Shown here: piece by piece, positions 19,422-31,153 of the stretch
Layout of the letters: the number at the start of each line of letters is the position of its first letter
How positions within the stretch are numbered: the first letter of the stretch is position 1
Assembly (NCBI GenBank): GCA_963851265.1
Contig: CAWKNZ010000006.1
Coordinates: 111,053-175,052 of the forward strand
Reading direction: 5' to 3'
From: an uncultured Gemmatimonadales bacterium
GTDB lineage: Bacteria; Gemmatimonadota; Gemmatimonadetes; Gemmatimonadales; Gemmatimonadaceae
DNA: 64,000 nucleotides
Made by a program: the position numbers and the translations under genes
Notes under the pieces: model-generated
The model's database searches: none
Told to the model about the DNA's origin: nothing
What the model saw: the letters and a program-made list of their open reading frames with translations, nothing else

Positions 19422-22400
19422 GTGACCGCTCTCCCGCCTTCCCGTGCCCCCCGGCGCGCCCTGTGGCGCGTCGCACCCGCCGCCGTGCCCGCCGCGGTCG
19501 CCGCCCTCCTCACCGTGCTCCCCCCCGCGCGATCGACGGCGCAGGCCGCGGCCGCGCCCGGGGCGCCGACCGCCGGCTCCGACACCAGCGCCTTCGGCGC
19601 GCTCACGTGGCGCGAGATCGGCCCCTACCGCGGCGGCCGCTCGGTGACCGTGGCGGGGAGCGCCGCCCGGCCGCTCGAGTACTGGATGGGCACGACCGGT
19701 GGCGGCGTGTTCAAGACCGCCGACGGCGGAATGACGTGGGCGCCCACGAGCGACAAGGCGTTCGGCGGCACGGTCGGCTACATCGGCGTGAGCGCGAGCA
19801 ACCCCGACGTGGTCTACGTCGGCACCGGCGAGTACGCCATCCGCGGCAACGTCTCGCACGGCGAGGGGGTGTACAAGACCACCGACGGCGGCAAGACGTG
19901 GAGCTTCGTCGGGCTGAAGGCGACGCGCCAGATCAGCCGCGTGCGCGTGCACCCCACCAACCCGAACGTGGTGTGGGTGGCCGCCCAGGGGGCGTTCTGG
20001 GGGCCGAATAAGGAGCGCGGGGTCTACAAGACCACCGACGGCGGGGCGTCGTGGCGGCAGGTGCTGTTCCGCAACGATTCGACGGGCGCCTGTGACCTCG
20101 TCGTGGACCCGAGCAACCCGAACGTGCTCTACGCCGCGTTCTGGCAGTCGTACCGCAACGCGTACGCGCTGTCGTCGGGCGGGGCGGGCGGTGCGCTCTA
20201 CAAGAGCACCGACGGCGGCGAGCACTGGGCCGAGCTCACGCACAACGCCGGGCTCCCCGGCGGCGTGTTAGGCAACATCGGGCTCGCCGTCTCGCCGGCC
20301 AACCCGCGGCGGCTCTGGGCGAGCATCGAGGCCGACTCGGGCGGCATCTACCGCAGCGACGACGCGGGCGCGACCTGGCGGCGCGTGAACGAGGACCGCA
20401 AGCTGCGGCAGCGCGCGTGGTACTACTCGCGCATCTTCGCCGACCCCAAGGACACCAACACCGTCTACGCGCTCAACGTCGGCTTCTACCGCTCCGTCGA
20501 CGGCGGCCGGACCTTCAAGCAGCCGATCGCGGTGCCGCACGGCGACAACCACGACCTGTGGATCGCGCCCAACGACCCGCAGCGGATGATCGAGGGCAAC
20601 GACGGCGGCGCCACGGTGTCGATGAACGCCGGGAAGACGTGGACCGAGGAGAACTTCGCCACGGCGCAGTTCTACCACGTGACGGCGACCAACGAGTTCC
20701 CGTACCGGGTCTGCGGCGCGCAGCAGGACAACAGCACGCTCTGCGGGCCGAGCCGGTGGCCGGGCGGCATCGGGCGCGAGCTGTGGGTGGACGCGGGCGG
20801 GGGCGAGAGCGGCTACATCGCCGTCGACCCGCTGCACCCCGAGATCGCCTACGCGGGGAGCTACGGCGGGCTGCTCACGCGCAAGAACATGCGCACCGAG
20901 CAGGAGACGCAGGTGAACCCGTGGCCCGACAACCCGATGGGGCACTCGTCGGGCGACCTCGCGTACCGCTTCCAGTGGACGTACCCGATCGTGTTCTCGC
21001 CGCACGACCCGACGGTGCTCTACGCCGGCGGTAACCACGTCTTCCGCACGGCCAACGGCGGGCAGAGTTGGGAGGTGATCTCGCCCGACCTCACGCGCCA
21101 CGACCCGCGCACGATGGGCGCCTCGGGCGGGCCGATCACGAAGGACCAGACGGGCGTCGAGACGTACGCGACGATCTTCTCCATCGCCGAGTCGCCGCGC
21201 ACGCGCGGCGTGATCTGGACGGGGAGCGACGACGGGCTGGTCTACCTCACGCGCGACGGCGGCCGCGCGTGGCGGAACGTGACCCCGCCGGGGATGGGCG
21301 AGCTGCCGCGCATCTCGCTCGTCGAGGCGTCGCCGCACGACCCGGCGGTGGCCTACGTCGCCGCGAACCGGTACCAGTTCGGCGACCTGCGCCCGATGTT
21401 CTACAAGACGGCCGACTACGGCCGCACCTGGACGCCGATCGTCAACGGCCTCCCCGCCGAGGAGTTCGCGCGCGCGATCCGCGAGGACCCCGTGCGGCGC
21501 GGGCTGCTCTACGCGGCGACGGAGCGCGGCGTGTGGGTGTCGTTCGACGACGGCGGCCGCTGGCAGAACCTGCGCCGCAACCTGCCGCCCGTGCCGGTGC
21601 ACGACCTGCTCGTGAAGGAGGGCGACCTCGTCGCGGCGACGCACGGGCGCTCGTTCTACGTGATGGACGACCTCTCCGCGCTGCGGCAGATGACGCCGCA
21701 GACCGCGGCGTCCCCCGCGCACCTCTACGCGCCGCGCGACGCCTACCGCGTGAGCTGGGGCGGCGGGTTCGGCGAGGGGCGCCGCCAGGCCGGCAAGAAC
21801 CCGCCGAGCGGCGCGTCCGTGTACTACTCGCTCGCCCGCCCCAACCAGGACGTGACGCTCGAGTTCCTCGACGCGCGCGGCCGGGTCATCCGCCAGTTCA
21901 CGTCGCGGCTCGATTCGTTAGGCGTGGCCGACTCGGTGCGCGCCGACAGCGTGCGCCGCGCGCGCGCCGACTCGGTCGCGCGCGCCGGCGGGCTCCCGCG
22001 CACCCCCAACCCGCAGCTCGGCACCGCGGCCCTCCGCGCGGAGAGCGGCGTGGGAAGCCCGGGCGGCGAGCCCGAGGTCGACTTCGAGGAGCTCGCGCGT
22101 CGCGGGCCGCGCGCGCCGCGGGTGCCCAACAAGGCCGGGCTCAACACCTTCGCCTGGGACCTGCGCGAGCCGGACGCCGTGCGCTTCGACAACATGATCC
22201 TCTGGGCGGGATCGACCAGCGGCCCGATGGTGCCCCCGGGCACGTACGCGGTGCGGATGACCGTCGCGGGGCAGCCCGCGCAGACGCAGCGCCTCGTCGT
22301 GCGCGCCGACCCGCGCTCGAAGGCGACGCCCGCCGACGTGGAGGCCACGGTCGCGCTGCAGCGCCACGTGCTCGACCGCCTGAGCGAGGCGAACCGCGCC

Positions 22401-22871
22401 GTGCGCACCGTGCGCAACGTGCGCGCCCAACTCGCCGCGCGCGCGGCGCAGGTGCCCGCGGGCGAGCGCGCCGCGTTCGACGCGCAGGCGCGCCCGCTGC
22501 TCGCCGCGCTCGCGGCCGCCGAGGAGGAGATCTACCAGGTGCGGAACCAGAGCTCGCAGGACCCGCTCAACTTTCCGATCCGCATCAACAACAAGCTCGC
22601 CGCGCTCGCCGGCGTCGTCGCCACCGCCGACCCGCGGCCGACGCGCCAGTCGTACGTCGTGTTCGACTCGCTCTCCAAGCAGCTGCAGACCCAGCTCGAC
22701 GCCCTGCACCGCGCGACAGGTTCGCAGCTGACGGCGGTAAACGCGGCGCTCCAGCGCCTCGGCCTCAAGCCCGTCGTGCCCAGCGACGCGGAGATCCGCG
22801 CCGGCGGCACGCCGCAGATCACGGCGGAGGAGGACGAGGCGGCCGGCGAGGGCGAGCGCCGCCGGTGGTAG
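19422..22871 (+). CDS. Large secreted BNR/Asp-box beta-propeller (VPS10/sortilin-like) protein, putative glycosyl hydrolase
   Basis: WREIGPYRGGRS, repeated Asp-boxes (KTxDGGxTW, RSDDAGATW), GLQDN-like GAQQDN, C-terminal coiled-coil region. Confidence 0.88.
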   Translation: MTALPPSRAPRRALWRVAPAAVPAAVAALLTVLPPARSTAQAAAAPGAPTAGSDTSAFGALTWREIGPYRGGRSVTVAGSAARPLEYWMGTTGGGVFKTADGGMTWAPTSDKAFGGTVGYIGVSASNPDVVYVGTGEYAIRGNVSHGEGVYKTTDGGKTWSFVGLKATRQISRVRVHPTNPNVVWVAAQGAFWGPNKERGVYKTTDGGASWRQVLFRNDSTGACDLVVDPSNPNVLYAAFWQSYRNAYALSSGGAGGALYKSTDGGEHWAELTHNAGLPGGVLGNIGLAVSPANPRRLWASIEADSGGIYRSDDAGATWRRVNEDRKLRQRAWYYSRIFADPKDTNTVYALNVGFYRSVDGGRTFKQPIAVPHGDNHDLWIAPNDPQRMIEGNDGGATVSMNAGKTWTEENFATAQFYHVTATNEFPYRVCGAQQDNSTLCGPSRWPGGIGRELWVDAGGGESGYIAVDPLHPEIAYAGSYGGLLTRKNMRTEQETQVNPWPDNPMGHSSGDLAYRFQWTYPIVFSPHDPTVLYAGGNHVFRTANGGQSWEVISPDLTRHDPRTMGASGGPITKDQTGVETYATIFSIAESPRTRGVIWTGSDDGLVYLTRDGGRAWRNVTPPGMGELPRISLVEASPHDPAVAYVAANRYQFGDLRPMFYKTADYGRTWTPIVNGLPAEEFARAIREDPVRRGLLYAATERGVWVSFDDGGRWQNLRRNLPPVPVHDLLVKEGDLVAATHGRSFYVMDDLSALRQMTPQTAASPAHLYAPRDAYRVSWGGGFGEGRRQAGKNPPSGASVYYSLARPNQDVTLEFLDARGRVIRQFTSRLDSLGVADSVRADSVRRARADSVARAGGLPRTPNPQLGTAALRAESGVGSPGGEPEVDFEELARRGPRAPRVPNKAGLNTFAWDLREPDAVRFDNMILWAGSTSGPMVPPGTYAVRMTVAGQPAQTQRLVVRADPRSKATPADVEATVALQRHVLDRLSEANRAVRTVRNVRAQLAARAAQVPAGERAAFDAQARPLLAALAAAEEEIYQVRNQSSQDPLNFPIRINNKLAALAGVVATADPRPTRQSYVVFDSLSKQLQTQLDALHRATGSQLTAVNAALQRLGLKPVVPSDAEIRAGGTPQITAEEDEAAGEGERRRW

Positions 22872-23305
22872 CCCCGTTCGTCCCGCCGGACCGCTTCCAC
22901 GCGACCACGTCGACCGTCCTCGACGGCTACGACGTGGTCGAGGTCCTCGGCCTCGTCCGCGGCATCACCGTGCGGTCGCGTTCGGTGTTCGGGCGCATCG
23001 GCGCGGGCTTTCAGCAGCTCGTGGGCGGTGAGGTCACCATCCTCACCGAACTCTGCGAGCAGACCCGCGCCCGCGCGTTCGAGATCGCCGTCGAGCACGC
23101 GCGCACGCTCGGCGGCAACGCGCTCATCGCGCTTCGCTACGACGCCACCGAGATCATGTCGGGCGTGTCGGAGGTGTTGTGCTACGGCACCGCCGTGCGC
23201 GTGGTCGCGCGCGGCGCGGCGCGCGACCACGCGCGCGATGCGGCGACCGTCGAGATGGGCAGCGTCGCGATCGGGTCCGCCGCGGCGGTGTCGCGCCGAG
23301 TCTGA
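22865..23305 (+). CDS. YbjQ/UPF0145 family protein
   Basis: TTSTVLDGYDVVEVLGLVRG, GGE, GGNALIALRYD and CYGTAV; overlaps the upstream stop by 7 nt. Confidence 0.88.
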   Translation: MVAPFVPPDRFHATTSTVLDGYDVVEVLGLVRGITVRSRSVFGRIGAGFQQLVGGEVTILTELCEQTRARAFEIAVEHARTLGGNALIALRYDATEIMSGVSEVLCYGTAVRVVARGAARDHARDAATVEMGSVAIGSAAAVSRRV

Positions 23306-23439
23306 CGGCGTCGCCGGTCGCGACACGGCGGCCGGCACTCTTGACAGAATGTGGCGCCGGCCGCCTTTTGGCGGCGGGGCGCGCGGTAGGTGCCGCGCCC
23401 TGTCCTCCCAGCCGTCTCCCCCCCGTCGTCCGCCGCGCC

Positions 23440-26247
23440 GTGCCCCGCCATCCCCTCCACGCGCGCCACGTGCGCCGCGCCGCCGCCCTCGCCGCGCTCT
23501 GCGCGGTCCCGCTCACCGCTCCCGCGCGCGCGCGGGCCCAGGCCGGGCGCGCCGTCCCCGCCTCCGCGCCCCCAGCGGCCGGCGCCCCGACCCGCGTGAC
23601 CTCGGTCGAGGGCATCACGGAGTACCGCCTCGCCAACGGGCTGCGCGTGCTCCTCTTCCCCGACGCGTCCAAGCCCACCGCCACCGTCAACATCACCTAC
23701 TTCGTCGGATCCGCGAAGGAGGGCTACGGCGAGACGGGGATGGCGCACCTGCTCGAGCACATGGTGTTCAAGGGCTCGACGCACCACACGAACATCCCGC
23801 AGGAGCTGACGGCCCACGGCGCGCGGCCCAACGGTACCACCTGGCTCGAGCGGACCAACTACTTCGAGACGGTGCCCGCCGGCGACACGACGCTCGCCTG
23901 GGCGCTCGACCTCGAGGCCGACCGGATGGTGAACTCGTTCATCGCCGACAAGGACCTGCGGAGCGAGTTCTCGGTGGTGCGCAACGAGTTCGAGATGGGC
24001 GAGAACAGCCCCTTCAACGTGACGATGGAGCGCGCGATGTCGGCCGCGTTCCTCTGGCACGGGTACGGGCGGTCGACGATCGGCAACCGGTCCGATATCG
24101 AGAACGTGCCGATTCCGCGGCTGCAGGCGTTCTACCGCAAGTACTACCAGCCCGACAACGCGATGCTCGTCGTCGCGGGCAAGTTCGATCCCGACCGCAC
24201 GCTCGCCGTCGTGCAGGAGAAGTTCGGCCGGATCCCGCGCCCCGCGCGCACGCTCGACCCCTCGTACACCGTCGAGCCGGTGCAGGACGGCGAGCGCGGC
24301 GTCACGGTCCGCCGCGTCGGCGACGTGCAGCTCGCCTTCGCGCTCTACCACATTCCCTCCGGCGCGCACGCGGACTTCCCCGCGGTCGACGTGCTCACCG
24401 AGGTGCTCGGCAGCGAGCCGTCGGGGCGCCTGTACCAGGCGCTCGTCGTGCCGAAGCGCGCGGCGTCCGCCGGCGCGTTCAGCTTCGAGACGCACGATCC
24501 GGGCGTGCTCATCACCTTCGCCCAGGTGCGGAAGGAGGACTCGCTCGCGGTGACGCAGCGGGTCCTGATGGCGACCCTCGACTCGGCTTCGCGCGCGGCG
24601 CCGACGGCGGCTGAGGTCGACCGCGCCAAGACGGCGCTGCTCACGCAGTGGGACCTCACGTTCAACGATTCGGAGCGCGCCGCGCTCGTGCTCTCCGAAT
24701 CGGCGGCCGCGGGTGACTGGCGCCTGTTCTTCCTGCAGCGCGACCGCATCAAGCAGGTGACGCCCGCCGACGTGCAGCGCGTCGCGGCCGCGTACCTCAA
24801 GCCGTCCAACCGGACGACCGCGCTGTTCGTCCCGACGGCCGCGCCCGACCGCGCCGAGATGCCGCCGACGCCTAACGTCGACGCGCTGGTGGCGGGCTAC
24901 AAGGGGAACGCCGCGCTCGCCGCCGGCGAGGTGTTCGACCCGTCGCCGACCACGGTCGACGCGCGCACCGCGCGCACGCGCCTCGCGAGCGGCCTGCAGC
25001 TCGCCCTGCTGCCCAAGAAGACGCGGGGCGGCACCGTCACCGCCGCGTTCACGCTGCGCACGGGCGACGAGGCCTCGTTGCAGGGGCGCGCGACCGCGGC
25101 GGCGATGACGGCGCAGATGATCCTCCGCGGCACGAAGGCGCTCACGCGCCAGCAGGTCAAGGACTCGCTCGACAAGCTCAAGGCGAACGTGTCGGTGTAC
25201 GGCGGCCCGACGCAGGTGAGCGGGCAGATCGAGACGACGCGCGCGAACCTGCCGGCCGCGCTCCGGCTCGTCGGCCAGTCGCTCCGCGAGCCGGCGCTCG
25301 ACGCGAAGGAGTTCGAGCTGCTCCGCTCCGACCAGCTCGCGCAGCTCGACGACCAGCGCAGCGAGCCGACCGCACTCGGGTCGATCGCCTACCAGCGACT
25401 GCTCAACCCGCACGCGAAGGGACACCCGCTCTACATCCAGACCATCGACGAGCAGGGGGCGGAGCTGCGCGCGCTCACGGCGGACGACGTGCGCCGCTTC
25501 CACCGCGACTTCTACGGCGCCAGCGCCGGCGAGCTGGCCGTGGTCGGCGACTTCGACCGCGCCGCGATCGCCGCCCTCGCCGACTCGCTGTTCGGCGGCT
25601 GGAAGAGCGCGACCGCATACCACCGCGTGCCCGTGCCCTACACGGCCCTCGCCGCCGGCACGCAGTCGATCCTCACCCCGGACAAGGCGAACGCGTTCTT
25701 CCTGGGCGGCACCAACGTCCGCCTCCGCGACGACGACCCGGACTACCCGGCCCTGCTCCTCGCGAACTACATGTTGGGCGGGGGATTCCTCAACTCGCGC
25801 CTCGCGACGCGCATCCGCCAGAAGGAAGGAATCAGCTACGGCGTGGGCTCGCAGTTCCAGGCGAGCGCGCTCGATTCGGTGGGCAGCTTCACGACGTACG
25901 CCATCTACGCCCCGCAGAACGTCGACCGGCTGGAGCGGGCCTTCCGCGAGGAGCTCGCCCGTGCGGGCAAGGACGGCTTCACGGCCGACGAGGTCGCGCA
26001 GGCCAAGGCCGGGTGGCTGCAGAACCGGCAGACGAACCGCGCCGAGGACGCGGGGCTCGCCCGCGCGTTGGGCACCCAGCTCTACCTCGGCCGCACGACG
26101 GCGTGGGACGCCGGCGTCGAGGCGCGCGTGGCGGCGCTCACGCCCGACCAGGTGCGCGCTGCATTCGCCCGCGCGGTGGACCCGTCGCACGTGGTGATCG
26201 TGAAGGCCGGCGACTGGAGCAAGAAGGCGCAGGGCGCGGTGCCCTGA
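23440..26247 (+). CDS. Secreted M16B (insulinase/PqqL-like) zinc protease, two fused units
   Basis: Inverted zincin HLLEHMVFKG, NGTTWLERTNY, and C-terminal R/Y pair RIRQKEGISY; signal peptide. Start approximate. Confidence 0.92.
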   Translation: MPRHPLHARHVRRAAALAALCAVPLTAPARARAQAGRAVPASAPPAAGAPTRVTSVEGITEYRLANGLRVLLFPDASKPTATVNITYFVGSAKEGYGETGMAHLLEHMVFKGSTHHTNIPQELTAHGARPNGTTWLERTNYFETVPAGDTTLAWALDLEADRMVNSFIADKDLRSEFSVVRNEFEMGENSPFNVTMERAMSAAFLWHGYGRSTIGNRSDIENVPIPRLQAFYRKYYQPDNAMLVVAGKFDPDRTLAVVQEKFGRIPRPARTLDPSYTVEPVQDGERGVTVRRVGDVQLAFALYHIPSGAHADFPAVDVLTEVLGSEPSGRLYQALVVPKRAASAGAFSFETHDPGVLITFAQVRKEDSLAVTQRVLMATLDSASRAAPTAAEVDRAKTALLTQWDLTFNDSERAALVLSESAAAGDWRLFFLQRDRIKQVTPADVQRVAAAYLKPSNRTTALFVPTAAPDRAEMPPTPNVDALVAGYKGNAALAAGEVFDPSPTTVDARTARTRLASGLQLALLPKKTRGGTVTAAFTLRTGDEASLQGRATAAAMTAQMILRGTKALTRQQVKDSLDKLKANVSVYGGPTQVSGQIETTRANLPAALRLVGQSLREPALDAKEFELLRSDQLAQLDDQRSEPTALGSIAYQRLLNPHAKGHPLYIQTIDEQGAELRALTADDVRRFHRDFYGASAGELAVVGDFDRAAIAALADSLFGGWKSATAYHRVPVPYTALAAGTQSILTPDKANAFFLGGTNVRLRDDDPDYPALLLANYMLGGGFLNSRLATRIRQKEGISYGVGSQFQASALDSVGSFTTYAIYAPQNVDRLERAFREELARAGKDGFTADEVAQAKAGWLQNRQTNRAEDAGLARALGTQLYLGRTTAWDAGVEARVAALTPDQVRAAFARAVDPSHVVIVKAGDWSKKAQGAVP

Positions 26248-26299
26248 GTCCGACGCCGCGCGAGGCGTGCCCGTTAGGCAGCTGCGCGGTCGTCGGCGC

Positions 26300-26765
26300 G
26301 CGCGTGCGCCAGACGGAGCGCCTAGCTGGGCGGCGCAGGTCGGCGGCGGGAACGCCGGTGGTCTGCTCGACGCGATCGGGCGTGTTGGGGCCACGGCGCC
26401 GGTCGAGCACGCGCATGCGGATGATCGTGTTCTGCGACGCGATGTTGTGCCCGCAGTGCAGGACCGCGTCGGTGGTGTCGAGGTCGCGTAGCCGGCCAGC
26501 TGTCCGTCGGAGCCGAACGACTTCTTTATCGCTTCGGCGGAGGTCGCCGTGCAGAGCCGCGTGTTGCCGTCCGTGTGCGGTGTGCCGAGCCCGGCGTTTT
26601 CCATCACGGCGAGCGTGTGGTAATCCTCGATGATCAACTGCCCGGCGTTGTAGAGGCCGACTCCATCGCCTCGTCCCAGCGCGCCTCTTCGAGTCTCGCG
26701 CGCCTGCCGCCGCGGTGCGGCGTGCGGGCTCCCCAGATGTCGGCGATCGAATCACGGGTCTGCAT
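26300..26765 (-). pseudogene. Eroded relic of a nitrate reductase-like (NasA/NarB-type) molybdopterin oxidoreductase
   Basis: Collinear fragments in three frames: MQTRDSIADIWGARTP..EEARWDEAME | GLYNAGQL..GLGTPHTDGNTRLCTAT..SFGSDGQ | DLDTTDAVLHCGHNIA..RVLDR..TPDRVEQTTGVPAADL. Confidence 0.78.
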
Positions 26766-27008
26766 CGGCGTGCGGCGGCCTGGGCCGCCGAGCCGGGTGG
26801 TGTGAAGCGGACATCACGGATCCGGTCGCGCCGCGGGCGAGGACCGTGACACGGAGACCAGACGATCGAATTGCAGTCGACCGGCGTTGCGACGCGCCGC
26901 CCGGGCGAGTCTGTTTCATACGTCGCACGCGTCGCTTGATCGGTTCGCGCCCGCGACGCGCGTCCGGCGCCGTCGTGCAGGGCCGCATTCCCCTCCAGGC
27001 CGCCCCGC

Positions 27009-29324
<2,316 letters not shown>

Positions 29325-29325
29325 T

Positions 29326-31038
29326 TCAGGCCACGACGGCGGCGTCGCGGAGCAGCGCCTCGACGAGCACCGCGCGCGCCGCGTGGTCGCCGTCGCCGAT
29401 CGCCGGCGGGTCGATCAGCTCGGCGTAGCAGCGCGCCGCCGCCGCGGGCGCGGGATCACCCGCCGCGGCACCGCGCGCCGCATCCTCGGCGAGCAGCACG
29501 AGCGCGAGGCTCTGCGCCAGCCGGTGCAGCAGGCGGCGCGCGTACACCGGACCGGCGTCGGGCGACGCGGTGGTCGCGGCGTAGGCGCGCCGGTCCCCGT
29601 CGAGGCGGCCCGCGAGCGCCGCGCGCAGCCCGCCGGGTTCGTCAGGCAGCACGGCGAGCGCCCCGCCCGCGCGGCGCTCGTACGCGGCGAACCCGCCGTA
29701 GCGCGGGTGGAGCAGGCGCATGAGTTCGAGCGCCTGGATGTTGGCGGGCCCTTCCCACACGGTGAGCACCTGCGCGTCGCGCAGGAGACGCTCGACCGGG
29801 TAATCGCGCGTGTAGCCGTTCCCGCCGAGCAGTTCGAGCGCGGCGCGGCTCGCGGCCACCGCGTCGTCGGCGGTCAGGTACTTCGCGAGGGCGGTGGTCA
29901 GGCGCAGCCACGCCCGGCGCGCGGGGTCGCGAAGCGCGTCGTCGACCGCGCCCGCGGCCTCGAAGGCGAGGAGGGTGCCCGCGCGCCACCGCACCGCCAG
30001 CTCGGCGAGCGTCTCCTGCACCATCGGGTAGTCGGCGATCGCGCGGCCGAACGCGCGCCGCCGCGTCGCCCACGCGAGCGCTTCCGCGAGCGCCCGGCGC
30101 TGCACGCCGGCCGCGCCGACGGCGTTGTGCACGCGGCTGTAAGTGAGCGCCTCGAGCATCAGGCGCAACCCGTCCGGCGGCGCCGCGACCTCCACGGCTT
30201 CGGCGCCTAACAGCTCGATCTCGCCGGTCGGCAGGCCGCGCGTGCCGAGCTTCTCCTTGAGGCGGCGGATGAGGTAGTGGTTGACGCGCCCGTCGTCGAG
30301 GTGGCTCGGGACCAGGTAGAGGCCGAGCCCGGCGGAGCCCGGCGGGGCGCCCGCCGGGCGGGCGGTGGCGAGCGCGAGGCCGCCGTTGGCGTTGCTGGCG
30401 AACCACTTGAGGCCGTGGAGCGCGTGCGTCGCGGTCCAGCGACCCGCGACATCCGGCTGAGCCGCGACCGGACGCGCCTCGGTGGTCGTCGCGCCCACGT
30501 CGCTGCCGCCGTGCATCTCGGTCGCCCAGGTGCCGCCGGTCTTGGCGCGCCCGTCCGTCCGGGTGAGGTCGGGCAGGAACCGTTCGCGCAGCGCGGGCGA
30601 GGCGAAGTGGCCGAGCACGTACGCGACCGCGCCGGTGAGGGTGACCGGGCAGTGCAGGCTGATGTCGGCCTGCGACAGCAGGTACCCCATCGTGAAGCTC
30701 AGCAGATGCGGCGCGCCGTCGTGGTACGGACGGCCGACGATGCCGCGCGCGTAGACCTCGTCGTGCTGGGCGGCGTAGGCGGCGTTGAGCACGATCCGGT
30801 TGACCACGCGCCCGTCGCGGTCGTACGTCTCGAGCCGCGGCGGCGCGTCGCGGTCCGTCGTTGCCGCCTGCGCGTCGACCTCGGTCCGCACCCAGCGGTG
30901 GAAGTCGCCGAGCTCCGCGCGGTACCGGTCGAAGCCGGGCACGCGCGCTTCGAGTCGCGGGGCGAGGTACGCGTCGTACGCGTCGTCGGCGTGACGCGCG
31001 GGCGCGGCACGCGGCGGGGCGTTGCGGTCGGTCGTCAC
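29326..31038 (-). CDS. Acyl-CoA dehydrogenase, AidB-like
   Basis: TEMHGGSDVG, GLKWFASN, KLGTRGLPTGE, LGGNGY and VWEGPANIQALE. Confidence 0.88.
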   Translation of the reverse strand: MTTDRNAPPRAAPARHADDAYDAYLAPRLEARVPGFDRYRAELGDFHRWVRTEVDAQAATTDRDAPPRLETYDRDGRVVNRIVLNAAYAAQHDEVYARGIVGRPYHDGAPHLLSFTMGYLLSQADISLHCPVTLTGAVAYVLGHFASPALRERFLPDLTRTDGRAKTGGTWATEMHGGSDVGATTTEARPVAAQPDVAGRWTATHALHGLKWFASNANGGLALATARPAGAPPGSAGLGLYLVPSHLDDGRVNHYLIRRLKEKLGTRGLPTGEIELLGAEAVEVAAPPDGLRLMLEALTYSRVHNAVGAAGVQRRALAEALAWATRRRAFGRAIADYPMVQETLAELAVRWRAGTLLAFEAAGAVDDALRDPARRAWLRLTTALAKYLTADDAVAASRAALELLGGNGYTRDYPVERLLRDAQVLTVWEGPANIQALELMRLLHPRYGGFAAYERRAGGALAVLPDEPGGLRAALAGRLDGDRRAYAATTASPDAGPVYARRLLHRLAQSLALVLLAEDAARGAAAGDPAPAAAARCYAELIDPPAIGDGDHAARAVLVEALLRDAAVVA

Positions 31039-31153
31039 GACGCGAATCCTACGGCGCGGTCCGCTGCGGCGTTATGGTTGCCGTGACGCGCGGCGTATGC
31101 CGCGCGGGGAAGCGCACCTGCGCGCGCGACCGAACGGTCAACGGAGGATGGGC

